52,547 nt of DNA, from positions 1 to 52,547 of the forward strand of contig JAQUHC010000001.1 in assembly GCA_028683785.1 (NCBI GenBank), read 5' to 3'. The stretch's first letter is position 1, and each line of letters starts with the position of its first letter. The translations under genes were made by a program, and so were the position numbers. The notes beneath the pieces were generated by a model. That model was not told where the DNA came from. It saw only the letters and a program-made list of their open reading frames with translations, and searched no databases. This document shows positions 10,148 through 20,116 of this stretch, one piece after another. Source of the DNA: Oscillospiraceae bacterium (GTDB lineage: Bacteria > Bacillota > Clostridia > Oscillospirales > Acutalibacteraceae).

Positions 10148-10891
10148 ATGATAGGGGGGGATAACTTGAAAGCATATGGCAAAACAGATACCGGGCGTGT
10201 CCGTGAAAGCAATCAGGATGCATTTATCTGCGGAACAATTGCTGATGACGGATTGTTTTGTGTTGTTTGTGACGGTATGGGCGGAGTCAACGGCGGCAGC
10301 GTCGCCAGCTCTACTGCAGTCAAGGTTATTTCCGACCGGATTATCGATGTATACCGAGAGGGGCTTGCAGACAAATCAATACGGAATCTTATGGAATCTG
10401 CTATTGCTGCTGCCAATATAGATATTTATGATGCATCAATGGCGGATGTAAATCTTCACGGAATGGGAACCACCGTGGTTGTAACCATAGTTATAGGCAG
10501 AAAAGTATATATAGCCCATGTCGGTGACAGCCGTGTTTATTTTATAAATGATGATGGTATTGAGCAGATTACAAGAGATCATTCCATTGTGCAGGCAATG
10601 GTCGAAAAGGGGCAGCTCTCACAAAACGAGGCACGCACTCATCCGCGTAAGCATTTCATAACCCGGGCTTTGGGCGTAGATGATATCGTGGATTGTGATT
10701 ACGGCGAAATGGAATTAAAAGAAGAAGAGCTATTACTTATCTGTACCGACGGTCTGACAAATTTGATAGAGACTGATGAAATATATAAACTTGTAAAATC
10801 CACCGACACCGAAGCTGTGCCGGAAAGGCTTATACATGCGGCAAACATGGCCGGAGGCAGTGATAATATTACTGTAGTTGTCATTGCTTAA
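10148..10891 (+). CDS. prpC: PP2C-family Ser/Thr protein phosphatase (Stp/PrpC)
   Basis: GKTDTGRVRESNQDAF, VCDGMGG and GGSDNITVVV motifs. A TTG at 10166, preceded by a poly-G RBS, is an alternative start. Confidence 0.9.
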   Translation: MIGGDNLKAYGKTDTGRVRESNQDAFICGTIADDGLFCVVCDGMGGVNGGSVASSTAVKVISDRIIDVYREGLADKSIRNLMESAIAAANIDIYDASMADVNLHGMGTTVVVTIVIGRKVYIAHVGDSRVYFINDDGIEQITRDHSIVQAMVEKGQLSQNEARTHPRKHFITRALGVDDIVDCDYGEMELKEEELLLICTDGLTNLIETDEIYKLVKSTDTEAVPERLIHAANMAGGSDNITVVVIA

Positions 10892-10919
10892 AAAAAAGTT
10901 AGTTCAGGGGTGATTTTTC

Positions 10920-12998
10920 ATGGATAAATATATTGGAAAGCGGCTTGACGGCAGATACGAAATCCGTGAGGTTATCGGTGTCGGCGGAATGGCGTACGTC
11001 TATAAGGCGTATGATACCATTGACGACAGGACTGTTGCCGTAAAAATATTAAAGGATGAATTTCTTGCAAACGAAGAATTTACCCGCCGCTTTAAAAATG
11101 AATCCAAAGCCATTGCAATACTGTCGCATCCAAACATTGTAAAGGTTTTTGATGTAAGCTTTGGCGATCGAATTCAGTATATAGTAATGGAATTTATTGA
11201 TGGGATTACACTTAAAGAATATATCGATCAACAGCAGGATATTCGCTGGAAAGAAGCGGTACACTTTACCGTTCAAATATTGCGCGCCCTTCAGCATGCT
11301 CACGATAAGGGGATAGTTCACAGGGATATCAAGCCTCAAAATATTATGCTTCTGGCAGACGGAACCATAAAGGTTACCGATTTCGGAATAGCCCGTTTTG
11401 CACGCAGTGATATTCGACTTACAAGTGCAACCGAAAAGGCAATAGGTTCGGTACATTATATCAGTCCTGAACAGGCACGCGGCGAAATTACCGATGAAAA
11501 GGCCGATATATATTCCGTGGGTGTTATGTTGTATGAGATGCTTTCCGGTAAGCTTCCTTTTGAAGCGGATAATGCGGTTTCTGTTGCAATCATGCAAATG
11601 CAGACCGAGCCTGAAAATCTGCATGAAATTAATCCGGATATTCCCGACGGGCTTGAGGAAATCACCGTTAAAGCAATGCAAAAGGATCCGGCAAAAAGGT
11701 ATCAGTCTGCTGCCGAAATGCTGTATGATATTGATGAATTCAAACGCAATCCCAGTATTCACTTTGCATATAAATATTTCGTCGATGAAACGCCGACACG
11801 CTTTGTCGAAGCTATAACCAGGGTTAAGGGCGCAGATGGGGCTGAGGATAACGTTTCCGAAGCCGGAGATGAATACGATGAAGATGAGGGAGAGCATAAG
11901 AGTACGCCGGTAATTCCTATTTTGGCGGCGATTGCAGGTGCTTTTGTTCTTGTCGGATTACTGTTTGCCGGCATCGTATTTATGCTGAAAATCTTCGGGG
12001 AAAAGCCTACCGAAGAGGTTGAAGTTCAAAATTTTATCGGGATGAACTATGCCGATGTAGTAAACAATAAAGAATATCTTGATAAATTTAGTTTTGATTC
12101 GAATTTTGTGAATAGTGAAACGGTGCCGGAGGGTGAGATTATTGAGCAAGAGCCCAGAGCTCCTACCAAAATTAAATTAAAAAAGGCGGTTAAGCTGACC
12201 ATCAGCAAAGGACCTCAGATGATAACAATACCTGATGTCAGAAAGAACGAGCATAAGGATGTTGTTGAGCAGAGGCTTGTTAACAGTAACTTTAAGGTTC
12301 AGTTTATCCAAAAGTCAAGCGAAGAAGTAGAAGTGGATTTTGTTATCAAAATTCTGCCGTCTTCGGGAGAGCAGCTTGCCAAGGGAAGCACCGTACAGGT
12401 GTTTGTAAGCACAGGAAAAACGCCTGTACCGGATGAAAAGGTTCCGAATATTGTTCTCACCAATATAGAGACTGCCAAAGAAACCATATTACAGAACAAT
12501 TTTATCGTAGGAAAGACAGTGTATATAAATCATAATAGTTATCCCAGAGACACCGTCATAAGCCAAAATCCCGCAAAGGATACAATGCTGGCTCCCGGCT
12601 CAGCCATAGATATAACGGTTGCATCAGGATTTAAAGACTTTGATTTGGTGGTTCCTATGCCGAATACCACTACGCCACTGGATATGATTGTTTATATTGA
12701 CGGTAAGCATGCGGCTAAGTTTGATAATAATAACTTTGTACCGATTAATACGGCAATTTTGAAATTAACCGAGACAAAAGGTCAATATGACGTTCTTATA
12801 AAGCTTAGGAAGCATACGGCTACAGGCAGCGAAGGATTTAATGATTATGTCAGATATACGGTGTACAGTAATGAGCAGTACAGTGAAATAACCTTTGGAC
12901 CCCAATACAATGAAGTATCAGGCGCAACCTCCTCCACTACCTCAAACACCACCTCAACAAGCATCACAACAACGACATCCACGACCGTATATAATTAA
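10920..12998 (+). CDS. prkC: Ser/Thr protein kinase with extracellular PASTA repeats
   Basis: Kinase motifs GVGGMAYVYKA, VAVK, HRDIKPQN and DFG, then a TM segment (IPILAAIAGAFVLVGLLFAGIVFML). PASTA-like repeats and a Ser/Thr-rich tail follow. Confidence 0.95.
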   Translation: MDKYIGKRLDGRYEIREVIGVGGMAYVYKAYDTIDDRTVAVKILKDEFLANEEFTRRFKNESKAIAILSHPNIVKVFDVSFGDRIQYIVMEFIDGITLKEYIDQQQDIRWKEAVHFTVQILRALQHAHDKGIVHRDIKPQNIMLLADGTIKVTDFGIARFARSDIRLTSATEKAIGSVHYISPEQARGEITDEKADIYSVGVMLYEMLSGKLPFEADNAVSVAIMQMQTEPENLHEINPDIPDGLEEITVKAMQKDPAKRYQSAAEMLYDIDEFKRNPSIHFAYKYFVDETPTRFVEAITRVKGADGAEDNVSEAGDEYDEDEGEHKSTPVIPILAAIAGAFVLVGLLFAGIVFMLKIFGEKPTEEVEVQNFIGMNYADVVNNKEYLDKFSFDSNFVNSETVPEGEIIEQEPRAPTKIKLKKAVKLTISKGPQMITIPDVRKNEHKDVVEQRLVNSNFKVQFIQKSSEEVEVDFVIKILPSSGEQLAKGSTVQVFVSTGKTPVPDEKVPNIVLTNIETAKETILQNNFIVGKTVYINHNSYPRDTVISQNPAKDTMLAPGSAIDITVASGFKDFDLVVPMPNTTTPLDMIVYIDGKHAAKFDNNNFVPINTAILKLTETKGQYDVLIKLRKHTATGSEGFNDYVRYTVYSNEQYSEITFGPQYNEVSGATSSTTSNTTSTSITTTTSTTVYN

Positions 12999-13909
12999 TG
13001 GCTGAATTAACAGGAAGGAATACGATGACCCTGCTTTTGGAAGGCGTAATCTTGAAATGCGTCGGCGGCTTCTATTATGTTGAAGCCGCCGATATTGTAT
13101 ATGAATGTCGGGCAAGGGGGATATTCAGAAAGAGTGGAATAACCCCGGTTGTCGGGGATGTCGCGCGTATTTCAATATTGGATGATAGTACCGGCTGGCT
13201 GGAGGAAATCGGGGAGCGGCGTAACATACTGGTGCGTCCGCCGGTGGCAAATCTGGACATACTGGTTATTGTCGTCTCGATAACCGAGCCCGAACCCAAC
13301 ACCCTTGTGATCGATAAGATGATTGCAATTGCAGAGAAAAATCGGATTGAGCCTGTTATTGTGATTACAAAATCCGATTTGCAGGATACCAAAAGGCTTG
13401 AGCAAATATATGAATACTCTGGGTTTGAGGTTTTTTCTGTTTCTGAAAAAACAGGAGAAGGGATTGAATTTTTAAGAAAACGCCTTACCGGGCATCTGAG
13501 TGTTTTTTGCGGTAATTCCGGTGTAGGTAAATCAAGCCTTATAAACGCACTTGATTCTTCTCAAACCAGTCAAACCGGAGAGATTAGCAAAAAGCTGGGC
13601 AGGGGTCGTCATACCACCAGAACCGCAGAAATATTCAAATTGAGTTTTGGCGGAAGGATAGTTGATACCCCCGGCTTTTCTTCCTTAGACTTTGAGCACA
13701 CCGTTCGAATATATAAAGAGGAATTGGCATCTTGCTTTCGCGATTTTGATGATTATGTTGAAAAATGCCGTTTTACCGGCTGCTCACACATTAAAGAAAA
13801 AGATTGTGCAGTTCTCGAGGCTGTTAAAAATGGCGGTATTATGAAAGAACGCCATGATAATTACAAGGCTATATATGAGGAAATTAAAAATCTAAAGGAA
13901 TGGAACTAA
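12998..13909 (+). CDS. rsgA: ribosome small subunit-dependent GTPase A
   Basis: Circularly permuted GTPase motifs (ITKSDL, GNSGVGKSSLINAL, DTPGF) and a C-terminal zinc cluster CRFTGCSHIKEKDC. An alternative ATG at 13025 has a better RBS. Confidence 0.9.
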   Translation: MAELTGRNTMTLLLEGVILKCVGGFYYVEAADIVYECRARGIFRKSGITPVVGDVARISILDDSTGWLEEIGERRNILVRPPVANLDILVIVVSITEPEPNTLVIDKMIAIAEKNRIEPVIVITKSDLQDTKRLEQIYEYSGFEVFSVSEKTGEGIEFLRKRLTGHLSVFCGNSGVGKSSLINALDSSQTSQTGEISKKLGRGRHTTRTAEIFKLSFGGRIVDTPGFSSLDFEHTVRIYKEELASCFRDFDDYVEKCRFTGCSHIKEKDCAVLEAVKNGGIMKERHDNYKAIYEEIKNLKEWN

Positions 13910-13952
13910 TATTAATCACATTTTGTATAAGTGATTAGTATCGGCGGAGGGA

Positions 13953-14612
13953 ATGACATTGGATATTAAATCCGCAGAATTAAGACGCTGTGTGATATGC
14001 GGCGCAGCTCCGGTCGAAAATATTAATATTCTCAAACCTCTGCTTCATGAGGACGATTGGGTAATTGCGGCAGACGGCGGTATAAATTTGGCAAAACAAC
14101 TGGGCCTTGAAATAGGACAGATTGTGGCGGACTTTGATTCCATTTCCCGTGAACAAGCTGACGATACTGATGCGCCTGTTTCTTTGCTCCCTGTTAAAAA
14201 AAATGACACAGACACCATGGCGGCAGCGCGTATAGGGCTGGAACACGGCTTTAAGAATTTTTTGCTTCTGGGCGCAAGCGGCGGACGGCTTGACCATACC
14301 TTTGGTAATCTTGCGGTTATGCTTTTTTTGGTGCAAAACAATGCAAAAGCGGTTTTGGCAGATGAACACAATATTGTAGAAATGCATCTTCCCGGTAGGG
14401 TGATTGTCGAACCGGTAAAGGATTGTTTTTTATCACTTCTGCCTTACGGAGGAACGGTTTCGGGATTGACCGTCCATAATGCCGAATATGAGCTGGTAAA
14501 TGCCACATTGACACCTGATTATCCGTTGGGAGTAAGCAACGAATTTTTAAACCGCTCTGTCGAAATATTTTTTAAACAAGGAGTCCTGATGATTTTTCTT
14601 TCAAAAGACTGA
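13953..14612 (+). CDS. thiN: thiamine pyrophosphokinase
   Basis: VIAADGG, ADFDS, KNDTDT and GASGGRLDH motifs. The position matches B. subtilis yloS. Confidence 0.85.
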   Translation: MTLDIKSAELRRCVICGAAPVENINILKPLLHEDDWVIAADGGINLAKQLGLEIGQIVADFDSISREQADDTDAPVSLLPVKKNDTDTMAAARIGLEHGFKNFLLLGASGGRLDHTFGNLAVMLFLVQNNAKAVLADEHNIVEMHLPGRVIVEPVKDCFLSLLPYGGTVSGLTVHNAEYELVNATLTPDYPLGVSNEFLNRSVEIFFKQGVLMIFLSKD

Positions 14613-14697
14613 CACCATATTTACAGTCCCGGAATATGCTGTACTAAGACGCGGAAAACCGCCGTAGTCGATATCGGTATAAGGGATGGTGTTGGTG

Positions 14698-14841
14698 ATG
14701 AGACGATGTAACTGTGCAGGCTTTGTTTTTGCCGCTTTCGGAGCCGGACTTTTACTGGCGACCATTTGCCCGGTGCAGTTTATACTGATATTGGCTGCTG
14801 TGGCACTTATATTCATGGGTTTTTGTCTGGTAAAAAACTGA
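14698..14841 (+). CDS. candidate 47-aa hydrophobic micro-protein (MRRCNCAGFVFAAFGAGLLLATICPVQFILILAAVALIFMGFCLVKN)
   Basis: I translated this by hand; it is below the ORF-track cutoff. It predicts two TM-like stretches. Its stop lies 15 nt before spoVM. The RBS is weak. Confidence 0.3.
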   Translation: MRRCNCAGFVFAAFGAGLLLATICPVQFILILAAVALIFMGFCLVKN

Positions 14842-14856
14842 ATGGAGGAGTCACGG

Positions 14857-14949
14857 ATGAAGGTAGTAGTGGTAAAAAGCCCTAAGATTATCGGGGGGGT
14901 ACTTCGTAAAATATTCGGAATAAAAAAACAATATTACATAGAACATTGA
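14857..14949 (+). CDS. spoVM: stage V sporulation protein M-like 30-aa peptide
   Basis: GGAGGAG RBS lies 6 nt upstream. MKVVVVKSPKIIGGVLRKIFGIKKQYYIEH aligns with B. subtilis SpoVM MKFYTIKLPKFLGGIVRAMLGSFRKD, with MK, K7, PK, GG, R17 and G21 conserved. It sits downstream of thiN, as in Bacillus. Confidence 0.7.
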   Translation: MKVVVVKSPKIIGGVLRKIFGIKKQYYIEH

Positions 14950-14963
14950 TTAGTACCAAACAA

Positions 14964-15055
14964 TACTAATTTAAAATAAACATATAGAAATATCATAATA
15001 ATAAGAAGATACATATTGACTTTGATATTATTTATGTTTATAAATTAAATCAGTA
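14964..15055 (+). repeat. AT-rich hairpin repeat, copy A (MITE-like family with TACTAA...TTAGTA ends)
   Basis: tactaatttaaaataaacatatagaaatatcataata...gactttgatattatttatgtttataaattaaatcagta. It is near-identical to copy B at 17982-18071. The two arms are reverse-complementary. Confidence 0.85.
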
Positions 15056-15151
15056 TCCGGAATAAAAGTGGCTGTTGCAAAACCAAGGTTGAGCATCAGC
15101 CTCTTTTATCAGTTTTTGGTATAATACAGGTTCCTAAAGGAGGGGAGCTTT

Positions 15152-15787
15152 GTGCGACATACCAGAAAAAGCAGAGTCAAAAGGACTATTATCTTGATTT
15201 TCTCTGTTATAATAATATTGGGGATTTTGACAATTTGGCTGATTGACCGAAAGGTTCGTCCCATGATTCAAACCTATGGCAATAATCAAGCGGTTACAGC
15301 GGCGACAAGAGCGGTCAATGATGCGGTTGAAAAGGTGTTAAGAAAGACAAGTATTGAATATGACAGGCTCTCTTCGGTTATCAAGGATGAACAGGGAGAA
15401 ATATCCTCTATTGAGATAAACACCGGCAATGTAAATCTGGTAAAATCCGAAGTGAGTACGGCTATATTGGAAGAGCTGGGAAAACAGAAATTTCAAGAGG
15501 TAGAAATACCGGCAGGTTCTCTTGCCGGAGGCTTGCTTACAGGACGCGGTCCGAATATAAACATTAAAGTACCAATGAATTCAACGGTTGAAACTTCGTT
15601 TTCAAATAAATTTGAAGGTGCGGGAATCAACCAGACTAGACATTACATAACCATCGATGTAAAGGTAAAGATATTTACGGTAATACAGGGAAAAAGTATA
15701 GCAACAGAGGTGGAAACCGGCTTTACCGTCGCAGAGTGCATAATTGTCGGTGAGGTACCGCAATGGATGGTTGCCCGCACTCAATAA
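15152..15787 (+). CDS. yunB: sporulation protein YunB
   Basis: GTG start after AAAGGAGGGGAG. N-terminal TM segment, then the GPNINIKVP...GINQTRHYITIDVKV...IVGEVP pattern typical of YunB. Confidence 0.8.
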   Translation: MRHTRKSRVKRTIILIFSVIIILGILTIWLIDRKVRPMIQTYGNNQAVTAATRAVNDAVEKVLRKTSIEYDRLSSVIKDEQGEISSIEINTGNVNLVKSEVSTAILEELGKQKFQEVEIPAGSLAGGLLTGRGPNINIKVPMNSTVETSFSNKFEGAGINQTRHYITIDVKVKIFTVIQGKSIATEVETGFTVAECIIVGEVPQWMVARTQ

Positions 15788-15792
15788 AAGCT

Positions 15793-15821
15793 TTGCATGA
15801 ATATATTGTATTTGGTATAAT
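15793..15821 (+). promoter_or_regulatory. sigma-A type promoter for ligA
   Basis: TTGCAT (15793-15798), a 17-nt spacer, then TATAAT (15816-15821) with an upstream TG (extended -10). Confidence 0.6.
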
Positions 15822-15850
15822 GTTCTTGAGTTTTGACCCTATAAAGATAA

Positions 15851-17866
<2,016 letters not shown>

Positions 17867-17886
17867 TTATGGTAAAATATCGATAT

Positions 17887-17924
17887 AAAAACCGCCGTGA
17901 ACTATAATTCTCGGCGGTTTTCTT
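17887..17924 (+). terminator. rho-independent terminator of ligA
   Basis: The stem aaaaaccgccg pairs with cggcggtttt and is followed by a T-rich run. Confidence 0.8.
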
Positions 17925-17981
17925 ATGCTTATCACGCTTAATGAGATTGGTATTAGCCATCGGTTGAGTTTATGCTGCTTA

Positions 17982-18071
17982 TACTAATTTAAAATAAATA
18001 TATAGAAATATCATAATAAGAAGATATACAACGGACTTGGATATTATCTATGTTTATAAATTAAATTAGTA
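17982..18071 (+). mobile_element. AT-rich hairpin repeat, copy B (MITE-like), flanked by a perfect TTA/TTA duplication
   Basis: TTA at 17979-17981 and again at 18072-18074 flank TACTAATTT...AAATTAGTA. The right arm contains the last codons and the stop of the minus-strand gene 18061-18771. Confidence 0.75.
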
Positions 18072-18771
18072 TTACAACCATCATGTTGGGATATATCTCA
18101 TTTAATAAATCATCAGGATAATGCTCATCAAGAAATTTCTCAATACTGTTTGTGGGTGAAACACCAATCCGCCTTCTGCTTTGCCTTTCCAATGCCATGG
18201 CGGATATAAGCATATTGATCAACATAAAAATGCTTAAAACAACGGTCAATATCTTATTTATATATTTGGGTATACGGTCAATAAGTGAAGAAAGTCTCGG
18301 ATATATTTCTTTTACCCATATCAGCCCGAGCAACCCCCAGATAAAAGAATACATTATGTTTGTACGACCGTTAAAATTATATTGTGTATGGCTGTATTCC
18401 CAAGAAACCGTGCCAAATGCGAGTTCCTGACAAAAACTGCACAAATATTCAAATGCGCCGCCGATAACCGCACTCCCGAGAAAAATCCAGAGATCCCGCT
18501 TGTTCCTTAACCGCCTGAGACAAATGGTCAACAAAGCCGCCCCAACTCCATAAACAGGGTTAAACGGTCCGTATATTACTCCGACACGGCTTTCATATCG
18601 GCCCCGCATGATTATGCAGTACAGTGTTTCAAAAACGACGCCGATAAAACATCCGATGAGAAAGATCCAAAACAGCTTTGAATAGTTTAATTTATCGGTT
18701 GCTTTTTGCCGGTATTTGTTTTTGTTTTCCTTGACAAAAACCGGTTTACTCATTTTCATTTCTTTTTGCAT
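18061..18771 (-). CDS. multi-pass membrane protein of the putative ABC-transporter type IV (CmpB/DUF1113-like) family
   Basis: FWIFLIGCFIGVVFETLYC...GVIYGPFNPVYGVGAALL pattern. AAGGTGG RBS sits ahead of the ATG at 18771. The C-terminal ILI* is encoded by repeat copy B. Confidence 0.65.
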   Translation of the reverse strand: MQKEMKMSKPVFVKENKNKYRQKATDKLNYSKLFWIFLIGCFIGVVFETLYCIIMRGRYESRVGVIYGPFNPVYGVGAALLTICLRRLRNKRDLWIFLGSAVIGGAFEYLCSFCQELAFGTVSWEYSHTQYNFNGRTNIMYSFIWGLLGLIWVKEIYPRLSSLIDRIPKYINKILTVVLSIFMLINMLISAMALERQSRRRIGVSPTNSIEKFLDEHYPDDLLNEIYPNMMVVILI

Positions 18772-18882
18772 ATGATTCACCACCTTGGTTGTAATGCAGA
18801 CAGGAAAAAATTACTCCGATTTTCATGTAAATAAAGGGGGAAGATAATATTCATGATTTTATAATTCGGAGGGTAAAGATTA

Positions 18883-19317
18883 ATGGCAAGGCTGAGAAAA
18901 ATAAGATGTACAATACTGCTTTTTTTAATCGGCGGAACCGCATATAATATATTAGAGCTGTTATGGAGGGGATATACCCATTGGACAATGTTTTTTGTGG
19001 GTGGTATATGTTTTAATTTAATCGGGCACATCCATACAATATGCAAGCGCCACCTTGTTATTCGCTGCGCTTTATGCTCGCTTGCGATATCATTAATAGA
19101 ATTTATCAGCGGCTGTATATTTAACCTGCGACTTAAAATGAATGTATGGGATTACAGCGAAATGTTTATGAACATTAAAGGTCAGGTTTGTCTGCTTTAC
19201 AGCGTATTATGGGGTGCATTAAGTTTAATAGCCCTGCCCATTTATAAATGCTGTATCAAGCATATAAACAATAAAAAGGATACGAATTCCGGATTAAAGG
19301 TCACGCAGAGGATATAG
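18883..19317 (+). CDS. shorter membrane-protein paralogue of the same CmpB/DUF1113-like family
   Basis: GGAGGG RBS. LFLIGGTAYNILELLWRG...NVWDYS...LLYSVLWGALS resembles the neighbouring divergent gene. Confidence 0.6.
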   Translation: MARLRKIRCTILLFLIGGTAYNILELLWRGYTHWTMFFVGGICFNLIGHIHTICKRHLVIRCALCSLAISLIEFISGCIFNLRLKMNVWDYSEMFMNIKGQVCLLYSVLWGALSLIALPIYKCCIKHINNKKDTNSGLKVTQRI

Positions 19318-19321
19318 GGCA

Positions 19322-19963
19322 TTATATTTTTCTTGCAATAAAGTCAGGACAAATACTTTGAAGAGGGCAAAAATCACAGCGCGGTTTCCGCGCCGAACAT
19401 ATATCACGTCCGAACAGAACAAGCCTGTGGCAAAATGCATTGCTTTCTTCGGGTGGCAATAAATCACGCAATTCCATCTCCACTTTATACGGGTCTTTGG
19501 TGTTGCAAAGCCCTAAACGGTTGGAAATACGTATGCAATGTGTATCTGCGACTACCGCCGGCTTGCCAAATATATCCCCCACAATAAGGTTGGCTGTCTT
19601 GCGCCCAACCCCGGGAAGCTTGATTAATTCTTCAACAGTGTCCGGAATAATCCCTTTATATACATCCCGCAGCATTTTTGTCATCGCCACAATGTCGCGA
19701 GCCTTGGTTTTATATAAACCGCATGAATGTATGTAGGATTCGACCTCTTTAACATCGGCTTCGGCAATATCTTCAAGTGAAGTGTAGCGTTCAAATAAAG
19801 CGGGTGTAACCAAATTTACACGCGCATCGGTGCATTGAGCGGAGAGGCGGGTCGCTATCAAAAGCTCAAGCGCGCTGTATGATGTAAGAGAACATTCCGC
19901 ATCCGGATATAGTTGCTTCAAGACTGCAATTGCCTTGTTTGCTCTTTCTTTTTTATTAAGCAT
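19322..19963 (-). CDS. nth: endonuclease III
   Basis: HhH-GPD motif LPGVGRKTANLIV, catalytic D in VADTH, and the 4Fe-4S cluster CSARKPRCDFCPLQSIC. Confidence 0.95.
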   Translation of the reverse strand: MLNKKERANKAIAVLKQLYPDAECSLTSYSALELLIATRLSAQCTDARVNLVTPALFERYTSLEDIAEADVKEVESYIHSCGLYKTKARDIVAMTKMLRDVYKGIIPDTVEELIKLPGVGRKTANLIVGDIFGKPAVVADTHCIRISNRLGLCNTKDPYKVEMELRDLLPPEESNAFCHRLVLFGRDICSARKPRCDFCPLQSICPDFIARKI

Positions 19964-20116
19964 GATGATTCCGTTTCTATTAATTTATTATTTTTGGTAT
20001 AAATACATTTTATCGCAAATTGACTGTATGGTCAACCGCTGTGTTGTCTCCGCAAATGGGATTGAAATATGATATAAATATGTTATTGTAAAAATATATT
20101 AATAAAGGGAAATAAT

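Noticed and set aside
11049-11897. 282-aa minus-strand ORF
   Set aside because: It lies entirely antisense to the well-supported prkC kinase domain. Its composition is low-complexity and Ile/Phe/Asn-rich. It has no RBS and no recognisable family.
14612-14697. Sigma-E-type sporulation promoter for spoVM (CATATT ... ATGCTGTA)
   Set aside because: The -10 region matches the CATACAHT consensus poorly and the spacing is ambiguous. It cannot be supported from the sequence alone.
14601-14816. 71-aa minus-strand ORF from the track
   Set aside because: It overlaps the thiN stop and is antisense to a more plausible hydrophobic micro-ORF that sits in operon-like register with spoVM.
15089-15125. TGgTATAAT extended -10 upstream of yunB
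   Set aside because: It is a good sigma-A-like -10, but no -35 lies at a usable distance (the TTGAGC is 25 nt away). yunB is expected to be driven by a sporulation sigma factor. I left it uncalled.
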